DNA from: Auanema rhodensis
Lineage: Eukaryota > Animalia > Nematoda
Assembly: GCA_964057225.1 (NCBI GenBank)
Contig: CAXKVF010000074.1
Span: 806,001-870,000 of the forward strand
Direction of reading: 5' to 3'
Length of the DNA: 64,000 nt
Both the position numbers and the translations under genes were made by a program. The notes below the pieces were generated by a model, which did no database searches, was not told where the DNA came from, and saw only the letters and a program-made list of their open reading frames with translations. Shown piece by piece: positions 42,501 through 57,000 of the stretch (positions are counted from its first letter, which is position 1; each line of letters starts with the position of its first letter).

Positions 42501-45500
42501 TAGATTCCCCATGTCCATATTAGTTTAAAAACAAATTTTTATTGATATTGGTGCATGGTAACCATGACTTTGAAATTTACGTGAACTTTAATTTATGCTA
42601 ATTAAATGTACACGTGATGTGCACTTGGTATGTAACTCGCTTCACGTGAAAGATAAAGAGATGCTGTTTTCAAAATTAGATTCCCCATGTCCATATTAGT
42701 CTAAAAACAAATTTTTATTGATATTGGTGCATGGTAACCATGACTTTGAAATTTACGTGAACTTTAATTTATGCTAATTAAATGTACACGTGATGTGCAC
42801 TTGGTATGTAACTCGCTTCACGTGAACGATAAAGAGATGCGGTTTTCAAAATTAGATTCCCCATGTCCATATTAGTCTAAAAACAAATTTTTATTGATAT
42901 TGGTTCATGGTAACCATGACTTTGAAATTTACGTGAACTTTAATTTATGCTAATTAAATGTACACGTGATGTGCACTTGGTATGTAACTCGCTTCACGTG
43001 AAAGATAAAGAGATGCGGTTCTCAAAATTAGATTCCCCATGTCCATATTAGTCTAAAAACAAATTTTTATTGATATTGGTGAATGGTAACCATGACTTTG
43101 AAATTTACGTGAACTTTAATTTATGCTAATTAATTGTACACGTGATGTGCACTTGGTATGTAACTCGCTTCACGTGAAAGATAAAGAGATGCGGTTTTCA
43201 AAATTAGATTCCCCATGTCCATATTAGTCTAAAAACAAATTTTTATTGATATTGGTTCATGGTAACCATGACTTTGAAATTTACGTGAACTTTAATTTAT
43301 GCTAATTAAATGTACACGTGATGTGCACTTGGTATGTAACTCGCTTCACGTGAAAGATAAAGAGATGCGGTTTTCAAAATTAGATTCCCCATGTCCATAT
43401 TAGTCTAAAAACAAATTTTTATTGATATTGGTGCATGGTAACCATGACTTTGAAATTTACGTGAACTTTAATTTATGCTAATTAAATGTACACGTGATGT
43501 GCACTTGGTATGTAACTCGCTTCACGTGAAAGATAAAGAGATGCGGTTTTCAAAATTAGATTCCCCATGTCCATATTAGTTTAAAAACAAATTTTTATTG
43601 ATATTGGTGCATGGTAACCATGACTTTGAAATTTACGTGAACTTTAATTTATGCTAATTAAATGTACACGTGATGTGCACTTGGTATGTAACTCGCTTCA
43701 CGTGAAAGATAAAGAGATGCTGTTTTCAAAATTAGATTCCCCATGTCCATATTAGTCTAAAAACAAATTTTTATTGATATTGGTGCATGGTAACCATGAC
43801 TTTGAAATTTACGTGAACTTTAATTTATGCTAATTAAATGTACACGTGATGTGCACTTGGTATGTAACTCGCTTCACGTGAAAGATAAAGAGATGCGGTT
43901 TTCAAAATTAGATTCCCCATGTCCATATTAGTCTAAAAACAAATTTTTATTGATATTGGTTCATGGTAACCATGACTTTGAAATTTACGTGAACTTTAAT
44001 TTATGCTAATTAAATGTACACGTGATGTGCACTTGGTATGTAACTCGCTTCACGTGAAAGATAAAGAGATGCGGTTCTCAAAATTAGATTCCCCATGTCC
44101 ATATTAGTCTAAAAACAAATTTTTATTGATATTGGTGAATGGTAACCATGACTTTGAAATTTACGTGAACTTTAATTTATGCTAATTAAATGTACACGTG
44201 ATGTGCACTTGGTATGTAACTCGCTTCACGTGAAAGATAAAGAGATGCGGTTTTCAAAATTAGATTCCCCATGTCCATATTAGTCTAAAAACAAATTTTT
44301 ATTGATATTGGTTCATGGTAACCATGACTTTGAAATTTACGTGAACTTTAATTTATGCTAATTAAATGTACACGTGATGTGCACTTGGTATGTAACTCGC
44401 TTCACGTGAAAGATAAAGAGATGCGGTTCTCAAAATTAGATTCCCCATGTCCATATTAGTCTAAAAACAAATTTTTATTGATATTGGTGAATGGTAACCA
44501 TGACTTTGAAATTTACGTGAACTTTAATTTATGCTAATTAAATGTACACGTGATGTGCACTTGGTATGTAACTCGCTTCACGTGAAAGATGAAGAGATGC
44601 GGTTTTCAAAATTAAATTCCCCATGTCCATATTAGTCTAAAAACAAATTTTTATTGATATTGGTGCATGGTAACCATGACTTTGGAATTTACGTGAACTT
44701 TAATTTATGCTAATTAAATGTACACGTGATGTGCACTTGGTATGTAACTCGCTTCACGTGAAAGATAAAGAGATGCGGTTTTCAAAATTAGATTCCCCAT
44801 GTCCATATTAGTCTAAAAACAAATTTTTATTGATATTGGTTCATGGTAACCATGACTTTGAAATTTACGTGAACTTTAATTTATGCAAATTAAATGTACA
44901 CGTGATGTGCACTTGGTATGTAACTCGCTTCACGTGAAAGATAAAGAGATGCGGTTTTCAAAATTAGATTCCCCATGTCCATATTAGTCTAAAAACAAAT
45001 TTTTATTGATATTGGTGCATGGTAACCATGACTTTGAAATTTACGTGAACTTTAATTTATGCTAATTAAATGTACACGTGATGTGCACTTGGTATGTAAC
45101 TCGCTTCACGTGAAAGATAAAGAGATGCGGTTTTCAAAATTAGATTCCCCATGTCCATATTAGTCTAAAAACAAATTTTTATTGATATTGGTGAATGGTA
45201 ACCATGACTTTGAAATTTACGTGAACTTTAATTTATGCTAATTAAATGTACACGTGATGTGCACTTGGTATGTAACTCGCTTCACGTGAAAGATGAAGAG
45301 ATGCGGTTTTCAAAATTAGATTCCCCATGTCCATATTAGTCTAAAAACAAATTTTTATTGATATTGGTGCATGGTAACCATGACTTTGAAATTTACGTGA
45401 ACTTTAATTTATGCTAATTAAATGTACACGTGATGTGCACTTGGTATGTAACTCGCTTCACGTGAAAGATAAAGAGATGCGGTTTTCAAAATTAGATTCC

Positions 45501-48500
45501 CCATGTCCATATTAGTCTAAAAACAAATTTTTATTGATATTGGTGAATGGTAACCATGACTTTGAAATTTACGTGAACTTTAATTTATGCTAATTAAATG
45601 TACACGTGATGTGCACTTGGTATGTAACTCGCTTCACGTGAAAGATGAAGAGATGCGGTTTTCAAAATTAGATTCCCCATGTCCATATTAGTCTAAAAAC
45701 AAATTTTTATTGATATTGGTGCATGGTAACCATGACTTTGAAATTTACGTGAACTTTAATTTATGCTAATTAAATGTACACGTGATGTGCACTTGGTATG
45801 TAACTCGCTTCACGTGAAAGATAAAGAGATGCGATTTTCAAAATTAGATTCCCCATGTCCATATTAGTCTAAAAACAAATTTTTATTGATATTGGTTCAT
45901 GGTAACCATGACTTTGAAATTTACGTGAACTTTAATTTATGCTAATTAAATGTACACGTGATGTGCACTTGGTATGTAACTCGCTTCACGTGAAAGATAA
46001 AGAGATGCGGTTTTCAAAATTAGATTCCCCATGTCCATATTAGTCTAAAAACAAATTTTTATTGATATTGGTGCATGGTAACCATGACTTTGAAATTTAC
46101 GTGAACTTTAATTTATGCTAATTAAATGTACACGTGATGTGCACTTGGTATGTAACTCGCTTCACGTGAAAGATAAAGAGATGCGGTTTTCAAAATTAGA
46201 TTCCCCATGTCCATATTAGTCTAAAAACAAATTTTTATTGATATTGGTGAATGGTAACCATGACTTTGAAATTTACGTGAACTTTAATTTATGCTAATTA
46301 AATGTACACGTGATGTGCACTTGGTATGTAACTCGCTTCACGTGAAAGATGAAGAGATGCGGTTTTCAAAATTAGATTCCCCATGTCCATATTAGTCTAA
46401 AAACAAATTTTTATTGATATTGGTGCATGGTAACCATGACTTTGAAATTTACGTGAACTTTAATTTATGCTAATTAAATGTACACGTGATGTGCACTTGG
46501 TATGTAACTCGCTTCACGTGAAAGATGAAGAGATGCGGTTTTCAAAATTAGATTCCCCATGTCCATATTAGTCTAAAAACAAATTTTTATTGATATTGGT
46601 GCATGGTAACCATGACTTTGAAATTTACGTGAACTTTAATTTATGCTAATTAAATGTACACGTGATGTGCACTTGGTATGTAACTCGCTTCACGTGAAAG
46701 ATAAGGAGATGCGGTTTTCAAAATTAGATTCCCCATGTCCATATTAGTCTAAAAACAAATTTTTATTGATATTGGTGCATGGTAACCATGACTTTGAAAT
46801 TTACGTGAACTTTAATTTATGCTAATTAAATGTACACGTGATGTGCACTTGGTATGTAACTCGCTTCACGTGAAAGATAAAGAGATGCGATTTTCAAAAT
46901 TAGATTCCCCATGTCCATATTAGTCTAAAAACAAATTTTTATTGATATTGGTTCATGGTAACCATGACTTTGAAATTTACGTGAACTTTAATTTATGCTA
47001 ATTAAATGTACACGTGATGTGCACTTGGTATGTAACTCGCTTCACGTGAAAGATAAGGAGATGCGGTTTTCAAAATTAGATTCCCCATGTCCATATTAGT
47101 CTAAAAACAAAATTTTATTGATATTGGTGCATGGTAACCATGACTTTGAAATTTACGTGAACTTTAATTTATGCTAATTAAATGTACACGTGATGTGCAC
47201 TTGGTATGTAACTCGCTTCACGTGAAAGATAAAGAGATGCGGTTTTCAAAATTAGATTCCCCATGTCCATATTAGTCTAAAAACAAATTTTTATTGATAT
47301 TGGTTCATGGTAACCATGACTTTGAAATTTACGTGAACTTTAATTTATGCTAATTAAATGTACACGTGATGTGCACTTGGTATGTAACTCGCTTCACGTG
47401 AAAGATAAAGAGATGCGGTTTTCAAAATTAGATTCCCCATGTCCATATTAGTCTAAAAACAAATTTTTATTGATATTGGTGCATGGTAACCATGACTTTG
47501 AAATTTACGTGAACTTTAATTTATGCTAATTAAATGTACACGTGATGTGCACTTGGTATGTAACTCGCTTCACGTGAAAGATAAAGAGATGCGGTTTTCA
47601 AAATTAGATCCCCCATCTCCATATTAGTCTAAAAACAAATTTTTATTGATATTGGTGCATGGTAACCATGACTTTGAAATTTACGTGAACTTTAATTTAT
47701 GCTAATTAAATGTACACGTGATGTGCACTTGGTATGTAACTCGCTTCACGTGAAAGATAAAGAGATGCGGTTTTCAAAATTAGATTCCCCATGTCCATAT
47801 TAGTCTAAAAACAAATTTTTATTGATATTGGTGCATGGTAACCATGACTTTGAAATTTACGTGAACTTTAATTTATGCTAATTAAATGTACACGTGATGT
47901 GCACTTGGTATGTAACTCGCTTCACGTGAAAGATAAAGAGATGCGGTTTTCAAAATTAGATTCCCCATGTCCATATTAGTCTAAAAACAAATTTTTATTG
48001 ATATTGGTTCATGGTAACCATGACTTTGAAATTTACGTGAACTTTAATTTATGCTAATTAAATGTACACGTGATGTGCACTTGGTATGTAACTCGCTTCA
48101 CGTGAAAGATAAAGAGATGCGGTTTTCAAAATTAGATTCCCCATGTCCATATTAGTCTAAAAACAAATTTGTATTGATATTGGTGCATGGTAACCATGAC
48201 TTTGAAATTTACGTGAACTTTAATTTATGCTAATTAAATGTACACGTGATGTGCACTTGGTATGTAACTCGCTTCACGTGAAAGATGAAGAGATGCTGTT
48301 TTCAAAATTAGATTCCCCATGTCCATATTAGTCTAAAAACAAATTTTTATTGATATTGGTGCATGGTAACCATGACTTTGAAATTTACGTGAACTTTAAT
48401 TTATGCTAATTAAATGTACACGTGATGTGCACTTGGTATGTAACTCGCTTCACGTGAAAGATAAAGAGATGCGGTTTTCAAAATTAGATTCCCCATGTCC

Positions 48501-51500
48501 ATATTAGTCTAAAAACAAATTTTTATTGATATTGGTGCATGGTAACCATGACTTTGAAATTTACGTGAACTTTAATTTATGCTAATTAAATGTACACGTG
48601 ATGTGCACTTGGTATGTAACTCGCTTCACGTGAAAGATAAAGAGATGCGGTTTTCAAAATTAGATTCCCCATGTCCATATTAGTTTAAAAACAAATTTTT
48701 ATTGATATTGGTGCATGGTAACCATGACTTTGAAATTTACGTGAACTTTAATTTATGCTAATTAAATGTACACGTGATGTGCACTTGGTATGTAACTCGC
48801 TTCACGTGAAAGATGAAGAGATGCTGTTTTCAAAATTAGATTCCCCATGTCCATATTAGTCTAAAAACAAATTTTTATTGATATTGGTGCATGGTAACCA
48901 TGACTTTGAAATTTACGTGAACTTTAATTTATGCTAATTAAATGTACACGTGATGTGCACTTGGTATGTAACTCGCTTCACGTGAAAGATAAAGAGATGC
49001 GGTTTTCAAAATTAGATTCCCCATGTCCATATTAGTCTAAAAACAAAATTTTATTGATATTGGTGCATGGTAACCATGACTTTGAAATTTACGTGAACTT
49101 TAATTTATGCTAATTAAATGTACACGTGATGTGCACTTGGTATGTAACTCGCTTCACGTGAAAGATAAAGAGATGCGGTTTTCAAAATTAGATTCCCCAT
49201 GTCCATATTAGTTTAAAAACAAATTTTTATTGATATTGGTGCATGGTAACCATGACTTTGAAATTTACGTGAACTTTAATTTATGCTAATTAAATGTACA
49301 CGTGATGTGCACTTGGTATGTAACTCGCTTCACGTGAAAGATGAAGAGATGCTGTTTTCAAAATTAGATTCCCCATGTCCATATTAGTCTAAAAACAAAT
49401 TTTTATTGATATTGGTGCATGGTAACCATGACTTTGAAATTTACGTGAACTTTAATTTATGCTAATTAAATGTACACGTGATGTGCACTTGGTATGTAAC
49501 TCGCTTCACGTGAAAGATAAAGAGATGCGGTTTTCAAAATTAGATTCCCCATGCCCATATTAGTCTAAAAACAAATTTTTATTGATATTGGTTCATGGTA
49601 ACCATGACTTTGAAATTTACGTGAACTTTAATTTATGCTAATTAAATGTACACGTGATGTGCACTTGGTATGTAACTCGCTTCACGTGAAAGATAAAGAG
49701 ATGCGGTTTTCAAAATTAGATTCCCCATGTCCATATTAGTCTAAAAACAAATTTTTATTGATATTGGTGAATGGTAACCATGACTTTGAAATTTACGTGA
49801 ACTTTAATTTATGCTAATTAAATGTACACGTGATGTGCACTTGGTATGTAACTCGCTTCACGTGAAAGATGAAGAGATGCGGTTTTCAAAATTAGATTCC
49901 CCATGTCCATATTAGTCTAAAAACAAATTTTTATTGATATTGGTGCATGGTAACCATGACTTTGAAATTTACGTGAACTTTAATTTATGCTAATTAAATG
50001 TACACGTGATGTGCACTTGGTATGTAACTCGCTTCACGTGAAAGATAAAGAGATGCGGTTTTCAAAATTAGATTCCCCATGTCCATATTAGTCTAAAAAC
50101 AAATTTTTATTGATATTGGTTCATGGTAACCATGACTTTGAAATTTACGTGAACTTTAATTTATGCTAATTAAATGTACACGTGATGTGCACTTGGTATG
50201 TAACTCGCTTCACGTGAAAGATAAAGAGATGCGGTTTTCAAAATTAGATTCCCCATGTCCATATTAGTCTAAAAACAAATTTTTATTGATATTGGTTCAT
50301 GGTAACCATGACTTTGAAATTTACGTGAACTTTAATTTATGCTAATTAAAAGTACACGTGATGTGCACTTGGTATGTAACTCGCTTCACGTGAAAGATAA
50401 AGAGATGCGGTTTTCAAAATTAGATCCCCCATGTCCATATTAGTCTAAAAACAAATTTTTATTGATATTGGTGCATGGTAACCATGACTTTGAAATTTAC
50501 GTGAACTTTAATTTATGCTAATTAAATGTACACGTGATGTGCACTTGGTATGTAACTCGCTTCACGTGAAAGATAAAGAGATGCGGTTTTCAAAATTAGA
50601 TTCCCCATGTCGATATTAGTCTAAAAACAAATTTTTATTGATATTGCTTCATGGTAACCATGACTTTGAAATTTACGTGAACTTTAATTTATGCTAATTA
50701 AATGTACACGTGATGTGCACTTGGTATGTAACTCGCTTCACGTGAAAGATAAAGAGATGCGGTTTTCAAAATTAGATTTCCCATGTCCATATTAGTCTAA
50801 AAACAAATTTTTATTGATATTGGTTCATGGTAACCATGACTTTGAAATTTACGTGAACTTTAATTTATGCTAATTAAATGTACACGTGATGTGCACTTGG
50901 TATGTAACTCGCTTCACGTAAAAGATAAAGAGATGCGGTTTTCAAAATTAGATTCCCCATGTCCATATTAGTCTAAAAGAAATTTTTATTGATATTGCTT
51001 CATGGTAACCATGACTTTGAAATTTACGTGAACTTTAATTTATGCTAATTAAATGTACACGTGATGTGCACTTGGTATGTAACTCGCTTCACGTGAAAGA
51101 TAAAGAGATGCGGTTTTCAAAATTAGATTCCCCATGTCCATATTAGTCTAAAAACAAGTTTTTATTGATATTGGTTTATGGTAACCATGACTTTGAAATT
51201 TACGTGAACTTTAATTTATGCTAATTAAATGTACACGTGATGTGCACTAGGTATGTAACTCGCTTCACGTGAAAGATAAAGAGATGCGGTTTTCAAAATT
51301 AGATTCCCCATGTCCATATTAGTCTAAAAACAAATTTTTATTGATATTGGTGCATGGTAACCATGACTTTGAAATTTACGTGAACTTTAATTTATGCTAA
51401 TTAAATGTACACGTGATGTGCACTTGGTATGTAACTCGCTTCACGTGAAAGATAAAGAGATGCGGTTTTCAAAATTAGATTCCCCATGTCCATATTAGTC

Positions 51501-51917
51501 TAAAAACAAATTTTTATTGATATTGGTGAATGGTAACCATGACTTTGAAATTTACGTGAACTTTAATTTATGCTAATTAAATGTACACGTGATGTGCACT
51601 TGGTATGTAACTCGCTTCACGTGAAAGATAAAAAGATGCGGTTTTCAAAATTAGATTCCCCATGTCCATATTAGTCTAAAAACAAATTTTTATTGATATT
51701 GCTTCATGGTAACCATGACTTTGAAATTTACGTGAACTTTAATTTATGCTAATTAAATGTACACGTGATGTGCACTTGGTATGTAACTCGCTTCACGTGA
51801 AAGATAAAGAGATGCGGTTCTCAAAATTAGATTCCCCATGTCCATATTAGTCTAAAAACAAATTTTTATTGATATTGGTGAATGGTAACCATGACTTTGA
51901 AATTTACGTGAACTTTA

Positions 51918-54029
51918 ATTTATGCTAATTAAATGTACACGTGATGTGCACTTGGTATGTAACTCGCTTCACGTGAAAGATGAAGAGATGCGGTTTTCAA
52001 AATTAGATTCCCCATGTCCATATTAGTCTAAAAACAAATTTTTATTGATATTGGTGCATGGTAACCATGACTTTGAAATTTACGTGAACTTTAATTTATG
52101 CTAATTAAATGTACACGTGATGTGCACTTGGTATGTAACTCGCTTCACGTGAAAGATAAAGAGATGCGGTTTTCAAAATTAGATTCCCCATGTCCATATT
52201 AGTCTAAAAACAAATTTTTATTGATATTGGTTCATGGTAACCATGACTTTGAAATTTACGTGAACTTTAATTTATGCTAATTAAATGTACACGTGATGTG
52301 CACTTGGTATGTAACTCGCTTCACGTGAAAGATAAAGAGATGCGGTTTTCAAAATTAGATTCCCCATGTCCATATTAGTCTAAAAACAAATTTTTATTGA
52401 TATTGGTTCATGGTAACCATGACTTTGAAATTTACGTGAACTTTAATTTATGCTAATTAAATGTACACGTGATGTGCACTTGGTATGTAACTCGCTTCAC
52501 GTGAAAGATAAAGAGATGCGGTTTTCAAAATTAGATTCCCCATGTCCATATTAGTCTAAAAACAAATTTTTATTGATATTGGTGCATGGTAACCATGACT
52601 TTGAAATTTACGTGAACTTTAATTTATGCTAATTAAATGTACACGTGATGTGCACTTGGTATGTATTTCGCTTCACGTGAAAGATAAAGAGATGCGGTTT
52701 TCAAAATTAGATTCCCCATGTCCATATTAGTCTAAAAACAAATTTTTATTGATATTGGTTCATGGTAACCATGACTTTGAAATTTACGTGAACTTTAATT
52801 TATGCTAATTAAATGTACACGTGATGTGCACTTGGTATGTAACTCGCTTCACGTGAAAGATAAAGAGATGCGGTTTTCAAAATTAGATTCCCCATGTCCA
52901 TATTAGTCTAAAAACAAATTTTTATTGATATTGATTCATGGTAACCATGACTTTGAAATTTACGTGAACTTTAATTTATGCTAATTAAATGTACACGTGA
53001 TGTGCACTTGGTATGTAACTCGCTTCACGTGAAAGATGAAGAGATGCGGTTTTCAAAATTAGATTCCCCATGTCCATATTAGTCTAAAAACAAATTTTTA
53101 TTGATATTGGTGCATGGTAACCATGACTTTGAAATTTACGTGAACTTTAATTTATGCTAATTAAATGTACACGTGATGTGCACTTGGTATGTAACTCGCT
53201 TCACGTGAAAGATAAAGAGATGCGGTTTTCAAAATTAGATTCCCCATGTCCATATTAGTCTAAAAACAAATTTTTATTGATATTGGTTCATGGTAACCAT
53301 GACTTTGAAATTTACGTGAACTTTAATTTATGCTAATTAAATGTACACGTGATGTGCACTTGGTATGTAACTCGCTTCACGTGAAAGATAAAGAGATGCG
53401 GTTTTCAAAATTAGATTCCCCATGTCCATATTAGTCTAAAAACAAATTTTTATTGATATTGGTTCATGGTAACCATGACTTTGAAATTTACGTGAACTTT
53501 AATTTATGCTAATTAAATGTACACGTGATGTGCACTTGGTATGTAACTCGCTTCACGTGAAAGATAAAGAGATGCGGTTTTCAAAATTAGATTCCCCATG
53601 TCCATATTAGTCTAAAAACAAATTTTTATTGATATTGGTGCATGGTAACCATGACTTTGAAATTTACGTGAACTTTAATTTATGCTAATTAAATGTACAC
53701 GTGATGTGCACTTGGTATGTATTTCGCTTCACGTGAAAGATAAAGAGATGCGGTTTTCAAAATTAGATTCCCCATGTCCATATTAGTCTAAAAACAAATT
53801 TTTATTGATATTGGTTCATGGTAACCATGACTTTGAAATTTACGTGAACTTTAATTTATGCTAATTAAATGTACACGTGATGTGCACTTGGTATGTAACT
53901 CGCTTCACGTGAAAGATAAAGAGATGCGGTTTTCAAAATTAGATTCCCCATGTCCATATTAGTCTAAAAACAAATTTTTATTGATATTGATTCATGGTAA
54001 CCATGACTTTGAAATTTACGTGAACTTTA
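51918..54029 (+). repeat. Tandem duplication of a 6-monomer (1056-bp) unit
   Basis: Dinucleotide change AC>TT at 52666-52667 and 53722-53723; G137A at 52934 and 53990; both pairs are 1056 bp apart. Confidence 0.9.
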
Positions 54030-57000
54030 ATTTATGCTAATTAAATGTACACGTGATGTGCACTTGGTATGTAACTCGCTTCACGTGAAAGATAAAGAGA
54101 TGCTGTTTTCAAAATTAGATTCCCCATGTCCATATTAGTCTAAAAACAAATTTTTATTGATATTGAGTCATGGTAACCATGACTTTGAAATTTACGTGAA
54201 CTTTAATTTATGCTAATTAAATGTACACGTGATGTGCACTTGGTATGTAACTCGCTTCACGTGAAAGATAAAGAGATGCGGTTTTCAAAATTAGATTCCC
54301 CATGTCCATATTAGTCTTAAAACAAATTTTTATTGATATTGATTCATGGTAACCATGACTTTGAAATTTACGTGAACTTTAATTTATGCTAATTAAATGT
54401 ACACGTGATGTGCACTTGGTATGTAACTCGCTTCACGTGAAAGATAAAGAGATGCGGTTTTCAAAATTAGATTCCCCATGTCCATATTAGTCTAAAAACA
54501 AATTTTTATTGATATTAGTTCATGGTAACCATGACTTTGAAATTTACGTGAACTTTAATTTATGCTAATTAAATGTACACGTGATGTGCACTTGGTATGT
54601 AACTCGCTTCACGTGAAAGATGAAGAGATGCGGTTTTCAAAATTAGATTCCCCATGTCCATATTAGTCTAAAAACAAATTTTTATTGATATTGGTGCATG
54701 GTAACCATGACTTTGAAATTTACGTGAACTTTAATTTATGCTAATTAAATGTACACGTGATGTGCACTTGGTATGTAACTCGCTTCACGTGAAAGATAAA
54801 GAGATGCGGTTTTCAAAATTAGATTCCCCATGTCCATATTAGTCTAAAAACAAATTTTTATTGATATTGGTGCATGGTAACCATGACTTTGAAATTTACG
54901 TGAACTTTAATTTATGCTAATTAAATGTACACGTGATGTGCACTTGGTATGTAACTCGCTTCACGTGAAAGATAAAGAGATGCGGTTTCCAAAATTAGAT
55001 TCCCCATGTCCATATTAGTCTAAAAACAAATTTTTATTGATATTGGTGCATGGTAACCATGACTTTGAAATTTACGTGAACTTTAATTTATGCTAATTAA
55101 ATGTACACGTGATGTGCACTTGGTATGTAACTCGCTTCACGTGAAAGATAAAGAGATGCGGTTTTCAAAATTAGATTCCCCATGTCTATATTAGTCTAAA
55201 AACAAATTTTTATTGATATTGGTTCATGGTAACCATGACTTTGAAATTTACGTGAACTTTAATTTATGCTAATTAAATGTACACGTGATGTGCACTTGGT
55301 ATGTAACTCGCTTCACGTGAAAGATAAAGAGATGCGGTTTTCAAAATTAGATTCCCCATGTCCATATTAGTCTAAAAACAAATTTTTATTGATATTGGTG
55401 CATGGTAACCATGACTTTGAAATTTACGTGAACTTTAATTTATGCTAATTAAATGTACACGTGATGTGCACTTGGTATGTAACTCGCTTCACGTGAAAGA
55501 TAAAGAGATGCGGTTTTCAAAATTAGATTCCTCATGTCCATATTAGTCTAAAAACAAATTTTTATTGATATTGGTGCATGGTAACCATGACTTTGAAATT
55601 TACGTGAACTTTAATTTATGCTAATTAAATGTACACGTGATGTGCACTTGGTATGTAACTCGCTTCACGTGAAAGATAAAGAGATGCGGTTTTCAAAATT
55701 AGATTCCCCATGTCCATATTAGTCTAAAAACAAATTTTTATTGATATTGGTTCATGGTAACCATGACTTTGAAATTTACGTGAACTTTAATTTATGCTAA
55801 TTAAATGTACACGTGATGTGCACTTGGTATGTAACTCGCTTCACGTGAAAGATAAAGAGATGCGGTTTTAAAAATTAGATTCCCCATGTCCATATTAGTC
55901 TAAAAACAAATTTTTATTGATATTGGTTCATGGTAACCATGACTTTGAAATTTACGTGAACTTTAATTTATGCTAATTAAATGTACACGTGATGTGCACT
56001 TGGTATGTAACTCGCTTCACGTGAAAGATAAAGAGATGCTGTTTTCAAAATTAGATTCCCCATGTCCATATTAGTCTAAAAACAAATTTTTATTGATATT
56101 GGTTCATGGTAACCATGACTTTGAAATTTACGTGAACTTTAATTTATGCTAATTAAATGTACACGTGATGTGCACTTGGTATGTAACTCGCTTCACGTGA
56201 AAGATAAAGAGATGCGGTTTTCAAAATTAGATTCCCCATGTCCATATTAGTCTAAAAACAAATTTTTATTGATATTGGTTCATGGTAACCATGACTTTGA
56301 AATTTACGTGAACTTTAATTTATGCTAATTAAATGTACACGTGATGTGCACTTGGTATGTAACTCGCTTCACGTGAAAGATAAAGAGATGCGGTTTTCAA
56401 AATTAGATTCCCCATGTCCATATTAGTCTAAAAACAAATTTTTATTGATATTGGTGCATGGTAACCATGACTTTGAAATTTACGTGAACTTTAATTTATG
56501 CTAATTAAATGTACACGTGATGTGCACTTGGTATGTAACTCGCTTCACGTGAAAGATAAAGAGATGCGGTTTTCAAAATTAGATTCCCCATGTCCATATT
56601 AGTCTAAAAACAAATTTTTATTGATATTGGTTCATGGTAACCATGACTTTGAAATTTACGTGAACTTTAATTTATGCTAATTAAATGTACACGTGATGTG
56701 CACTTGGTATGTAACTCGCTTCACGTGAAAGATAAAGAGATGCGGTTTTCAAAATTAGATTCCCCATGTCCATATTAGTCTAAAAACAAATTTTTATTGA
56801 TATTGGTTCATGGTAACCATGACTTTGAAATTTACGTGAACTTTAATTTATGCTAATTAAATGTACACGTGATGTGCACTTGGTATGTAACTCGCTTCAC
56901 GTGAAAGATAAAGAGATGCGGTTTTCAAAATTAGATTCCCCATGTCCATATTAGTCTAAAAACAAATTTTTATTGATATTGGTGCATGGTAACCATGACT

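Noticed and set aside
44883-44890. Perfect POU octamer ATGCAAAT created by T9A (consensus ATGCTAAT)
   Set aside because: A single-copy variant in one monomer with no evidence of function.
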